A stretch of DNA of 64,000 nucleotides from Macrostomum hystrix (Eukaryota; Animalia; Platyhelminthes): contig CATNEN010000005.1 of the NCBI GenBank assembly GCA_950097015.1, forward strand, positions 1,550,001-1,614,000, given 5' to 3'. How positions within the stretch are numbered: position 1 is the first letter of the stretch; each line of letters opens with the position of its first letter. Shown here one piece after another: positions 38,501-48,500 of the stretch. The position numbers and the translations under genes are program-made. The notes below the pieces were generated by a model. The model worked only from the letters and a program-made list of their open reading frames with translations. It searched no databases and was not told where the DNA came from.

Positions 38501-39118
38501 CTTAGTTTTCAGCGTGATTCGAATAGCCTCGGTGGACACCGAAGTTTTCAACAACGAGTCATTGTCGTCGCCTTCAAAATTGTTAAACTGTTTCTGCTCT
38601 TCATCGAATTCTTCGAAATTGTCCACCTCATCATCGGCAGCCATGGTGGACACAAACTCATCCGGATCTGGTTCGTGTTCTCCGTTTCCATCCAGCTTAT
38701 CGTCATCGTTGCAACCATCGACCGGAACTGGCGGCTTCTGCATAGTGATGCGAATCGATTCGGTGGACACAGCGCCTCTGCTGCCAAATCTAGACGGCAC
38801 GCGTTCAATAATAGCCAGCTGAGAGTTCAGCACGTACTGCGAGCTGTCTAATGAGTCATCCTCCTCAGGCAGTGACAAAGATTGAAGTTCGCTAAAAAAT
38901 AGCCTAGCCAGATCGATCATCGGCAACAGAGTTTGATTCGCTTGATACTCTACAATAATATCGGCAAAGATTGGCAGTTCGGTTCTAAAAGCGGCTTCTA
39001 GACGGCGTAGAAAATTTTCACTACGCTTTCTCTCATTTGACTCCTTCTCGGCGTATAGGCGGCTAAACGCCAGGCACTGGCGCATGATGCGCATAGCCTC
39101 CTTTTTAGTTATTGTCAT
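35516..39118 (-). CDS. Uncharacterised intronless 1200-aa protein with a central E/K/R-rich helix
   Basis: A 3.6-kb uninterrupted ORF that is mostly non-repetitive, with a GC-richer composition than its flanks and an (AERKKEAEME)n block at ~37215-37550. No family recognised. Confidence 0.85.
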   Translation of the reverse strand: MTITKKEAMRIMRQCLAFSRLYAEKESNERKRSENFLRRLEAAFRTELPIFADIIVEYQANQTLLPMIDLARLFFSELQSLSLPEEDDSLDSSQYVLNSQLAIIERVPSRFGSRGAVSTESIRITMQKPPVPVDGCNDDDKLDGNGEHEPDPDEFVSTMAADDEVDNFEEFDEEQKQFNNFEGDDNDSLLKTSVSTEAIRITLKTKRLRRRSTPSSAVSSRSSGRMSPLFADSGFKSLSRPHLTLTAPGSIDLDEAHLVANLSEQQQQQQPELPPDRDPKLSKSFSLSPNTAGPYCDFAPNDDDDDFDLGSPQFDPLALLADTKMFRLNKQQQAAESADDYLEVGNVDFASVRLQQAEAQAKQSERRAAEMEVERKRKEAEAELKRMEDERIRKEAQRQKRDAEKEARRKLMEDELEAERLRKQAELEAKQKKEAELDGKRLLKLSEREKRKQEREAERKIKEAEAEAERERKRIEQKQKEAEVKKQEAELEAERERKNAERIKKKAELQAERQRKEAERELKKAERKKQAEMEAERKKQAEMEAERKKEAKMEAERKKEAEMEAERKKEAKMEAERKKEAEMEAERKKQAEMEAERKKEAEMEAERKKEAKMEAERKKEAKIEAERKKQAEIEAEHDADLNQFEEGLQADKKRLRTKSRAWQKTKQDSEHVNAQPKTFGRKRKASEASPLFGASRKLLKVDLDEESCSENSDAHEDVEPEVLEIAATNVACEEAKEDLCAYSKTEEDRSEPPAVPQLTGKSQHVRRSQQSVQSPTAHQQISPSVSAVENPAADLQSVEMLELAELDKLVRIRGRCLFEDEDDKEDNKCDDPLISIDAAKKQLVEQEQPEPVSKKSKRQRKAPAAKEEVVSSSASTRPARRAAAQRASESISMSQAINNFNTSLVGRNIVGAEGARKRQPKVAPATTTASFSKKAKPEQHQSPPTVQTYWPPKQKKKQQQQQASANESASPVWRFDSPVDGDGLNDSPRKFFSTSYADRRRSEAQRLITAKERFGYKLYHLNRPANPSFNSVLKPTHNLRDPIMYKTNAPGTSSANSSKQRKPKRKGGFVQEAEVEDLFNDTDKPNRRSTHQKHKQSKPKPLSTPRRQLDFLLMPQDSDAEDDDDRRLFLNIEDSEDDHNAGGGSNSLPVPDASTLYRMVRFRGKLVALLDQLAAEYPTVAEAIARIERGQVRSVDEVVL

Positions 39119-39254
39119 ATTAAAAAACTACTGCTGTGACAGATTTGTCTTCAAGGTGCGAATGGCTTGTCTTTTTTTCGGTGAAAGCTGAGGGTTAAAG
39201 AATATGGAATAAAAATTAGGTTGCATATCGATGTTCAAAATATTGCAAATAACA

Positions 39255-39375
39255 ATTAGTAGCCGAGCCCTACAGTAATAGATTCGGATTTTTTCTAACC
39301 AAGAGTTCGATTCTCAGATTCCAATACACGTAATTCTTCAGTTCAGCCAGCTGTTAAATTGGTACCATAATTGGC
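39255..39375 (+). mobile_element. Highly degenerate family C SINE relic
   Basis: GAGTTCGATTC plus CTTCAGTTCAGCCAGCTGTTAAATTGGTACC, similar to the core of 60405-60585. Confidence 0.5.
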
Positions 39376-39624
39376 TAATGCGTAGAATTTGTGGGTGTAT
39401 GCTTGTGCAGGGAGTTTTAATGGGTCAGCTGCATTAAATTATTGCTATTATAATACTAATAAAAATCTGTCCTATTTACTTGACATTGAACACGAAAAAT
39501 CAAAAGAAAAACAGAAAATATTTGTACCAAACAGTTTAAGAATATTTCAAGCATTTACTTCTTATATCAATAAATAAAACAAAAAATACTAAAAAACATT
39601 ACTGGTAAGTTGAAAAGTCACCGA

Positions 39625-40108
39625 GAGATCTGGGGGTCAGTTGAAGCTTCCTGAACAATCTGAGGATCTGGGGAGTCAGTTGAAGCTTCCTGGACAATCT
39701 GAGGATCTGGGGAGTCAGTTGAAGCTTCCTGAACAATCTGAGGATCTGGGGAGTCAGTTGAAGCTTCCTGAACAATCTGAGGATCTGGGGAGTCAGTTGA
39801 AGCTTCCTGGACAATCTGAGGATCTGGGGAGTCAGTTGAAGCTTCCTGGACAATCTGAGGATCTGGGGAGTCAGTTGAAGCTTCCTGAACAATCTGAGGA
39901 TCTGGGGAGTCAGTTGAAGCTTCCTGAAGAATCTGAGGATCTGGGGAGTCAGTTGAAACTTCCTGAACAATCTGAGGATCTGGGGAGTCAGTTGAAGCTT
40001 CCTGAAGAATCTGAGGATCTGGGGAGTCAGTTGAAGCTTCCTGAACAATCTGAGGATCTGGGGAGTCAGTTGAAGCTTCCTGAACAATCTGAGGATCTGG
40101 GGAGTCAG
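39625..40108. repeat. 39-bp minisatellite just downstream of EEF1AKMT1
   Basis: Unit GAAGCTTCCTGAACAATCTGAGGATCTGGGGAGTCAGTT, about 12 copies. Confidence 0.97.
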
Positions 40109-40145
40109 TGGCCAACTTGTGTCGACTCTTCATCTCCTTTATTGC

Positions 40146-40787
40146 TCACAGGAAAGTCACAGGTGTATAATTAGTAAAACAGGCGAACTCGTTTTGCAAA
40201 CGATTTCCTCGATGACTAGGCTGAAATTTTCGTCTGGTGGTGTTCAGACATCGAGCAGCCACCGTCTCCTGCACAGCGCCGGTGCACAATATCACCTTGC
40301 CATCGGGTTTAAGCAAGCGTTGAATAGAATTAGCCGTAGCTAGAAGGCACTCCTCAGACAGAAACGGAGGATCGGCAATAACTAATCGACAGTTTCCAAT
40401 CAGACTACTAGGCAAGGATTCTGGTTCTCGATAATCGTAGCGATGAAAATTGACATTTTCACCAGAGAATCGAGTGTCAAATTCCAATAGGTGCCAATTT
40501 TCCGTAGACTGTTGCTCTGTTCGAAGCATATACAAATATAGTGTTGGGCAAGACACGAATGCCACAGGATCAGAGTTGCTATGCGGACTAGCGCATGCGT
40601 TGACTTCCGCGGCTAGGGTGGCGCAAGTATCATCGTCGTACCAGAATTGTGACAAGTTCCAGTCTTCAGTTGGTTGAGCATGCTGCTGCTGCTGCTGTTC
40701 AGTGTAAAACTCTTGCAGAGCAGCCAAAGCATGGGCAGATAATTGTGGAACATCGTCATCTTCTTCGATTTGGTTAGTGCTGCTCAT
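40146..40787 (-). CDS. EEF1AKMT1: EEF1A lysine methyltransferase 1 (N6AMT2/Efm5 family), intronless
   Basis: Motifs DDVPQLSAHALAALQEF, EDWNLSQFWY, VSCPTLY, LLEFDTRF, VIADPPFLSEECL and LQNEFACFTNY. Confidence 0.95.
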   Translation of the reverse strand: MSSTNQIEEDDDVPQLSAHALAALQEFYTEQQQQQHAQPTEDWNLSQFWYDDDTCATLAAEVNACASPHSNSDPVAFVSCPTLYLYMLRTEQQSTENWHLLEFDTRFSGENVNFHRYDYREPESLPSSLIGNCRLVIADPPFLSEECLLATANSIQRLLKPDGKVILCTGAVQETVAARCLNTTRRKFQPSHRGNRLQNEFACFTNYTPVTFL

Positions 40788-40796
40788 TTTTAGTGG

Positions 40797-41275
40797 CTGA
40801 TTACCGATCTGAATACAGTGAATGGTAATGACTGATTACCGATCTGAATACAGTGAATGGTAATGACTGATTACCGATATGAATACAGTGAATGGTAATG
40901 ACTGATTACCGATCTGAATACAGTGAATGGTAATGACTGATTACCGATCTGAATACAGTGAATGGTAATGACTGATTACCGATCTGAATACAGTGAATGG
41001 TAATGACTGATTACTGATCTGAATACAGTGAATGGTAATGACTGATTACTGATCTGAATACAGTGAATGGTAATGACTGATTACTGATCTGAATACAGTG
41101 AATGGTAATGACTGATTACTGATCTGAATACAGTGAATGGTAATGACTGATTACTGATCTGAATACAGTGAATGGTAATGACTGATTACCGATCTGAATA
41201 CAGTGAATGGTAATGACTGATTACTGATCTGAATACAGTGAATGGTAATGACTGATTATCGATTTGAATACAGTG
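40797..41275. repeat. 35-bp minisatellite between C15orf40 and EEF1AKMT1
   Basis: Unit GATTAC(C/T)GATCTGAATACAGTGAATGGTAATGACT, about 13-14 copies. Confidence 0.97.
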
Positions 41276-41427
41276 ATAATACAGTGAGTAAATAAAAAAT
41301 AACAAAAACTTGAAAGCCAATGTTTGATTTGTTTACAATATTAGTTGTACGAGACTACAGTAATTTACAATTGAGAAAACATCATTACAAGTGATTAATT
41401 GTTATCACAGAAAATCACTCAAAATTA

Positions 41428-41871
41428 TCATTCCTTAGCACTAGGTAACAATGCTAGCCTAGCTGTCTGAAAACTGATTCCGGCCGAAGCAGATATGCGC
41501 AATAATTTATCTCGCGACTTTGCACCAGACTGCAGACTGACATCCGATTTTCGACAATGCAACAATTCAGCAACGTAGGCTAGGACAGCGGAATTAGCTT
41601 GGCCATCAACTGGCGGCGCAGCAATGCTGAGATCAATGATGGCATTGGACTCAGATTGAGTTAGTTGAGTCACTTTAGCGCCAGGTTTTATATGCAACGA
41701 TAAAATAAGATCGCCAGTTTTTGGGCACAAACGAATCGCTTCCTCAGAGTTTGGTAGCGAATTTTCCTGCTTCTGCTGCTGCTGTTGCTGCTGCTTCTTT
41801 GAAGTTGACTTCTGTTTAGCTACAGTTGGCATAATCTGTTTAATACTTGTTGTTATTTGATAATTTGGCAA
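41428..41871 (-). CDS. C15orf40: UPF0235/DUF167 (YggU-like) protein, C15orf40 homolog, intronless
   Basis: Motifs LHIKPGAK, IAAPPVDGQANSAVLAYVAELL and SGAKSRDK. The true start may be the second ATG at 41832, which has an AG acceptor 3 nt upstream. Confidence 0.9.
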   Translation of the reverse strand: MPNYQITTSIKQIMPTVAKQKSTSKKQQQQQQQKQENSLPNSEEAIRLCPKTGDLILSLHIKPGAKVTQLTQSESNAIIDLSIAAPPVDGQANSAVLAYVAELLHCRKSDVSLQSGAKSRDKLLRISASAGISFQTARLALLPSAKE

Positions 41872-41939
41872 TAATTGAAAATAAGTTATTTTTGTGCTTC
41901 GAAAGCTATGCTGGAAAATTAGTTAAATACGTTTAATAA

Positions 41940-42022
41940 TTGATATTATTAATAATTGCAGCAGGGCTGCGGGCAATGAGAACACTAGACCCGCAGCTAG
42001 CGAGGAGGCAGTTCTGCGCATT
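41940..42022 (-). mobile_element. 5'-truncated family A SINE (3' tail only)
   Basis: Near-identical to 4665-4755 with an internal deletion. Confidence 0.8.
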
Positions 42023-42529
42023 TCTTTGGAACTGTAAGTTAAGTAAAAAAAAGAACAAAAAAGTTAATATAATGAAGCAAACCATGCTTTATTGCGGACA
42101 TTTATTTAAGTCGATATTCCATACACCAGTCAATATGTTTCTGTATTCATTAATAATTAATAAATATGCATCTATATGGAAGCACTCAGATAAAAATAGA
42201 AATCTACTCACAATATACCCACATAGATTAACATGTAATTAGTGACCGTAATAAAATAATAACTATTATAATATGTCAATAAAATCAAACAAGATCACAC
42301 AAACTGACAAGATAAGAAATAGACAGCACATCGTCACGCTGAAAACACATAAAAAATAGTTTTCAAGGCGTCATATATATTAACAATTAAAGGCAGAGAC
42401 AATTTTGACAAGCAAAACTAAAACAAAAAATCTGGAAAATGTGGAGCTTTGTTCAGATTTTTTTCAAGAAAGGCAAGCATCAAACAATTGGATCAAAAAA
42501 GACAATGATTAGTGTGGATTGGCAGATTA

Positions 42530-44190
42530 AGTGGACCAATAGGAGGGCTGATATGAAAAACTGTCTAAACAGATGGACCAATAGGAGGGCTGATATGAAA
42601 AACAGACTAAACAGATGGACCAATAGGAGAGCTGATATGAAAAACAGTCTAAACTGATGGACCAATAGGAGAGCTGATATTAAAAAACTGTCTAAACTGA
42701 AGGACCAATAGGAGGGCTGATATGAAAAACTGTCTAAACTGAAGGACCAATAGGAGGGCTGATATAAAAAAACAGTCTAAACTGAAGGACCAATAGGAGG
42801 GCTGATATGAAAAAGAGTCTAAACAGATGGACCAATAGGAGGGCTGATATGAAAAACAGACTAAACAGATGGACCAATAGGAGAGCTGATATGAAAAACA
42901 GTCTAAACTGATGGACCAATAGGAGAGCTGATATTAAAAAACTGTCTAAACTGAAGGACCAATAGGAGGGCTGATATGAAAAACTGTCTAAACTGAAGGA
43001 CCAATAGGAGGGCTAATATAAAAAAACTGTCTAAACTGATGGACCAATAGGAGGGCTGATATGAAAAACAGACCAAACTGATGGACCAATAGGAGAGCTG
43101 ATATTAAAAACTGTCTAAACTGATGGACCAATAGAAGGGCTGATTTTAAAAACTGTCTAAACTGAAGGACCAATAGGAGGGCTGATATGAAAAACTGTCT
43201 AAACTGAAGGACCAATAGGAGGGCTGATATGAAAAACAGACTAAACTGATGGACCAATAGGAGAGCTGATATGAAAAACTGTCTAAAATGATGGACCAAT
43301 AGGAGGGCTGATATGAAAAACTGTCTAAACTGATGGACCAATAGGAGAGCTAATATTAAAAACTGTCTAAACTGATGGACCAATAGGAGGGCTGACATGA
43401 AAAACTGTCTAAACTGATGGACCAATAGAAGGGCTGACATGAAAAACTGTCTAAACTGATGGACCAATAGAAGGGCTGATTTTAAAAACTGTCTAAACTG
43501 ATGGACCAATGGGGGCGAGTGGGTCAGCGGCTAACGTCGCTGCCTCGCACTCCAAAGGACGCTAGTTCGATTCACCCTTCAAGTCACGATTAATTTCGGG
43601 ACTTGTTGGGGGGGTTTGGACAGTAGCGACCGGCGGAGGTGCACCATATTTCGTGCAATCAAAGCTTGAAATAATAGCTTCGCTCCTGCCTTCTGTGTGC
43701 CTGCTTGTTTGTGTTTGTGTTTGTGCGTTGGGCCGGGTGTGAGGCGTTGTATGGGGGGTGGGGCGGGTGTGCACCAGCCTTGCGTGCTCTGAGCGGCGAG
43801 GTTTCACCAGCCGTCTGCGCGCGTGGCTTGGTCCTCTCGTCCCTACCCTTCAGGCATATAAGTCCTCCCCTGGTTTGGTCAGCTCTGTGCGTGTGCGGGC
43901 CTGGGGGTAAGAGGCACTCCGGCTGCCGCCCCCTTCCCCGCTTGGCTTGCGGCTGTGTGTGAGGTGCCTGTGTTCAGGGGTCTAGATGGCGCGATGGGCG
44001 ACTCCCGCCTAGTTCGCCGGCCTGGGGGCATGCCGTTCCTGCGCTTGTGCGTCAAGTGCCCCAGGCCCCCCTGCAATTAATTAAGTAAGTAAGATGGACC
44101 AATAGAAGGGGTGATATGAAAAACTGTCTAAAATGATGGACCAATAGGAGGGCTGATATGAAAAATAGTCTAAACTGATGGACCAATAGA
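42530..44190. repeat. 42-bp minisatellite interrupted by a SINE
   Basis: Unit GATGGACCAATAGGAGGGCTGATATGAAAAACTGTCTAAACT. Confidence 0.96.
43511..44092 (+). mobile_element. GC-rich tRNA-derived SINE, family B (582 bp)
   Basis: A-box-like TGGGTCAGCGG, B-box-like GTTCGATTC and a (TAAG)n tail. 11-bp TSD GATGGACCAAT at 43500-43510 and 44093-44103. The 3' domain is homologous to family A. Confidence 0.85.
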
Positions 44191-44675
44191 AGGGCTGATA
44201 TAATGGGGACTTTTTACAGGTCATACAAACAACACAAACAAGTGAAAATTTCAAAATTTAAGAACTGAATGACTACAGGTAGTGACACTTACACCAAAAA
44301 TACCAAAATATTGTAAAGTTAAATACTTGTAAAAGTTGCTTGAAATTATTATATTGACACAAGATTGGTATGAAATGAAAAGCAAATTTTCGATGAAACA
44401 ACAATTCGAAAAGTGATATGATATTTCAAATCGGAAGAAAATTGAGGCTTTTTTGGTTTAAAAACAAACAAAATTATTAATTTTTTACAAATTATGCGAA
44501 GCAGAAAATCAGAAAAAAAGAAACAAAAATATATTCCCAAAAAGACAACAAAATTTTGAGCTTTAAACAATTTAATAAGAAAACCAAATTGAAGATACGT
44601 GCATTCAGAATTATACTGTAATAAGAAGTGTTTTCACTAGTTAATCATAAAATAATCATGATTTTAACTTTTGTT

Positions 44676-44879
44676 TAGTGGTTAGTGGTTAGAGCGTCAG
44701 AAACACGACTTGTGAGGTCTGGAGTTCGATTCCCGACTCCACCGGAACTATCTGTGTCCTTTGAAAAGACACTTAACTCTGCATTGCTACAGTTTACCCA
44801 GCTGCTGCTAGCATCAGCTGGGGTAATTGAGGGTGAGTGTGTCGTCTCCCCTAAGTCCATGGACTTATTATTTTTATTT
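44676..44879 (+). mobile_element. tRNA-derived SINE, family C, with a CORE-like central domain
   Basis: TAGTGGTTAGAGCG and GTTCGATTCCC boxes. GTGTCCTTTGAAAAGACACTTAACTCT resembles the recalled MIR CORE segment (GTGACCTTGGGCAAGTTACTTAACCTCT). Confidence 0.8.
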
Positions 44880-44887
44880 GACTAAAA

Positions 44888-45500
44888 CTGCGGTCGGAAA
44901 ACTTAATAAGCGCGCGGGCTATGGAGAGAACCTAAAAGACAACAGGCCGTATTCATTGTAGGAATTGTTGAGACAGGGAAGAGATGAGACAGGGGAGAGA
45001 TGAGGCAGGGGAGAGATGAGACAGGTAAGAGATGAGACAGGGGAGAGATGAGACAGGGGAGAGATGAGACAAGGGAGAGATGAGACAGGGGAGAGATGAG
45101 ACAGGGGAGAGATGAGACAGGTAAGAGATGAGACAGGGGAGACATGAGACAGGGGAGAGATGAGACAGGGGAGAGATGAGAAAGGGAGAGATGAGACAGG
45201 GGAGAGATGAGACAAGGGAGAGATGAGACAGGGGAGAGATGAGACAGGGGAGAGATGAGACAGGTAAGAGATGAGACAGGGGAGACATGAGAAAGGGAGA
45301 GATGAGACAAAGAGATAAGACAGAGAAGAGATGAGACAGGGGAGAGATCAGACAGGGGAGAGTTGAGAAAGGGAGAGATAAGAACGAGGAGAAATGAGAC
45401 TCGATCTCCAGCTGAGAAAGTGATGAGACAGTATACTATAGATGTTGAAAGGGGCAACGGAGCCGCATCTGGCCCGCAGGCCGGAGTTTGCCGACCCCTG
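44888..45500. mobile_element. Non-autonomous hAT element (MITE) carrying a 16-bp minisatellite
   Basis: Imperfect TIRs CTGCGGTCGGAAAACT / AGTTTGCCGACCCCTG; 8-bp TSD GACTAAAA at 44880-44887 and 45501-45508; internal (GAGACAGGGGAGAGAT)n. Confidence 0.85.
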
Positions 45501-45539
45501 GACTAAAAGGTGAAAAAAATAACTTAAAATTCAATCTAA

Positions 45540-48500
45540 TTAGTCGAAAAAGTGAGGACTAAAAATCTTAGCCAGAGTGACAAACAGTGACGTCACAGAA
45601 GCCAAACAGCCCAGAGAACAGATGCTGAAATTTTTAATCAGTATCAGGCGCTGCCTAAAGCAAGGCGGCCTGCGCCAAATTAGACGCAGGTGAGCAGCGC
45701 AAGGTAACACGAAAGCTAAAAATATCGAACCGACTGCGCCAATGAAAGAGCTAACATAGGCGTACAAATTGCGCAATAGGATGGCCATGCCCAGCTGGCA
45801 GAGTACTATGCCGAATCTGATGCAATTGCGCAGCCAAGTAGGCGCCGCGTCCGGCGTAGAGCTAGCCAATAGGGCGCGAGCATCGGCTAATGCGGTTTGA
45901 TCTTCTGATTGGTCAATTTGAACGGACGCCGAAGAAATTAACGACTCCCGCTCTTCGGGTGCGACCGAGTCTGCGGATTTTAGCGAATCAGGCAAAAAAT
46001 ATACACGTACGCAATACACCCTACTGACGAGCTAACATATCAGTAGTGTAGTTCTAATATTTGTAAGAATTTTTTAGGGCACAAAATTGTTAAGATAGTA
46101 GTCACACTGAACTTGTTATTTTCCACCATTTCTTCTTACTCCAAATCTAAATATAGAATTAATACTGCATGCTAGCTGGTAGGAAATTTCCTGAAATGTC
46201 AGGTAGAAAGCTGACAAATGGAAATTTGGCAAGTAAATGTTAACATATTTAAGGCTAGATTGTTAAAGACTTTGAACCTAAATAAATGTACTTTTATATT
46301 GTTACACCACAAAGTGGCATGTAAGTAAAACAGCTAATTGTTGTAATTAGCTTGAGTAATTAAAAGCAGACCTGAGACAAGAGATTCGTGCATAATTTCG
46401 GCTCTAGATTAGCAGCGGACTTTTTTTATGCAGTATAATAATGTCATTTCTGTGCAAAAGCCTCAAAAGTGACAAGCTAAAAGAATTAAGAAAACTTACA
46501 CCGGAATTTTAAAAGTAAAAAAGCGATTAAATAAGAAAATTTCTATAATGAGAAGCTACAAGTGGTTAGTTAAAAGCAGAAAATATTACTGTTCCTGTCA
46601 TGTCAAATAAGTTTAAGTTTATAAAAAAGCAATACCGGCATTGTAACTATCGGAACTGGTGGAACCAACAACGAATGCTGGATGTCCATCTGGTCAGTGA
46701 GTTTATAAAGTTTTACTAGAGCAGCGAGACAACAATTAGATTATTAAAACTGCGAACGAATTCTACGACTACAATAAATACGTCTCAAATCTGCGAGTTA
46801 GTCTCATTCAGGGATCTGGGAAAATGACAGACTCAATCTGGGGATCTGACAGTCTGAATCTAGGGATCTTACAGTCTAAATCTAGGGATCTTACATTCTC
46901 AATCTAGGGATCTTACAGTCACAATCTAGGGATCTTACAGTCTAAATCTAGAGATCTTACAGACTCAATCTAGGGATCTTACATTCTCAATCTAGGGATC
47001 TTACAGTCTCAATCTGGGAAAATGACAGACTCAATCTGGGGATCTGACAGTCTGAATCTAGGGATCTTACAGTCTAAATCTAGGGATCTTACATTCTCAA
47101 TCTAGGGATCTTACAGTCTCAATCTAGGGATCTTACAGTCTAAATCTAGAGATCTTACAGACTCAATCTAGGGATCTTACATTCTCAATCTAGGGATCTT
47201 ACAGTCTCAATCTGGGGATCTGACAGACTCAATCTGGGGGTTTGACAGTCTAAATCTGGGGATCTGACAGTCTAAATCTGGGGATCTGACAGTCTAAATC
47301 TGGGGATTTGACAGTCTAAATCTGGGGATCTGACAGTCTAAATCTGGGGATCTGACAGACTCAATCTGGGGATTTGACAGTCTAAATCTGGGGATCTGAC
47401 AGTCTAAATCTGGGGATCTGACAGACTCAATCTGGGGATTTGACAGTCTAAATCTGGGAATCTGACAGTCTAAATCTGGGGATCTGACAGACTCAATCTG
47501 GGGATTTGGCAGTCTAAATCTGGGGATCTGACAGTCTAAATCTGGGGATCTGACAGACTAAATCTGGGGATCTGACAGACTCAATCTGGGGATCTTACAG
47601 ATTGAATCTAGGGATCTTACAGACTCAATCTGGGGATCTTACAGATTGAATCTAGGGATCTTACAGACTTAATCTGTGGATCTTACAGACTCAATCTGGG
47701 GATCTTACAGACTCAATCTAGGGATCTTACAGATTGAATCTAGGGATCTTACAGACTCAATTTGTGGATCTTACAGACTCAATCTGGGGATCTTACAGAC
47801 TCAATCTGGGGATCTTACAGACTACATCTGTGGATCTTACAGACTCAATCAAGGGATCTTACAGATTGAATCTAGGGATCTTACAGACTCAATCTGGGGA
47901 TCTTACAGACTCAATCTGGGGATCTTACAGACTCAATCTAGGGATCTTACAGATTGAATCTAGGGATCTTACAGACTTAATCTGTGGATCTTACAGACAC
48001 AATCTGGGGATCTTACAGACTCAATCTGGGGATCTTACAGATTGAATCTAGGGATCTTACAGTCTCAATCTAGGGATCTTACATTCTCAATCTAGGGATC
48101 TTACAGTCTCAATCTAGGGATCTTACATTCTCAATCTAGGGATCTTACAGTCTCAATCTAGGGATCTTACAGATTGAATCTAGGGATCTTACAGTCTCAA
48201 TCTAGGGATCTTACATTCTCAATCTAGGGATCTTACAGTCTCAATCTAGGGATCTTACATTCTCAATCTAGGGATCTTACAGTCTCAATCTAGGGATCCT
48301 ACAGTCTCAATCTAGGGATCCTACAGTCTCAATCTAGGGATCTTACATTCTCAATCTAGGGATCTTACAGACTTAATCTAGGGATCTTACAGATTGAATC
48401 TAGGGATCTTACAGAATTAATCTGTGGATCTTACAGACTCAATCTGGGGATCTTACAGACTCAATCAAGGGATCTTACAGATTGAATCTAGGGATCTTAC

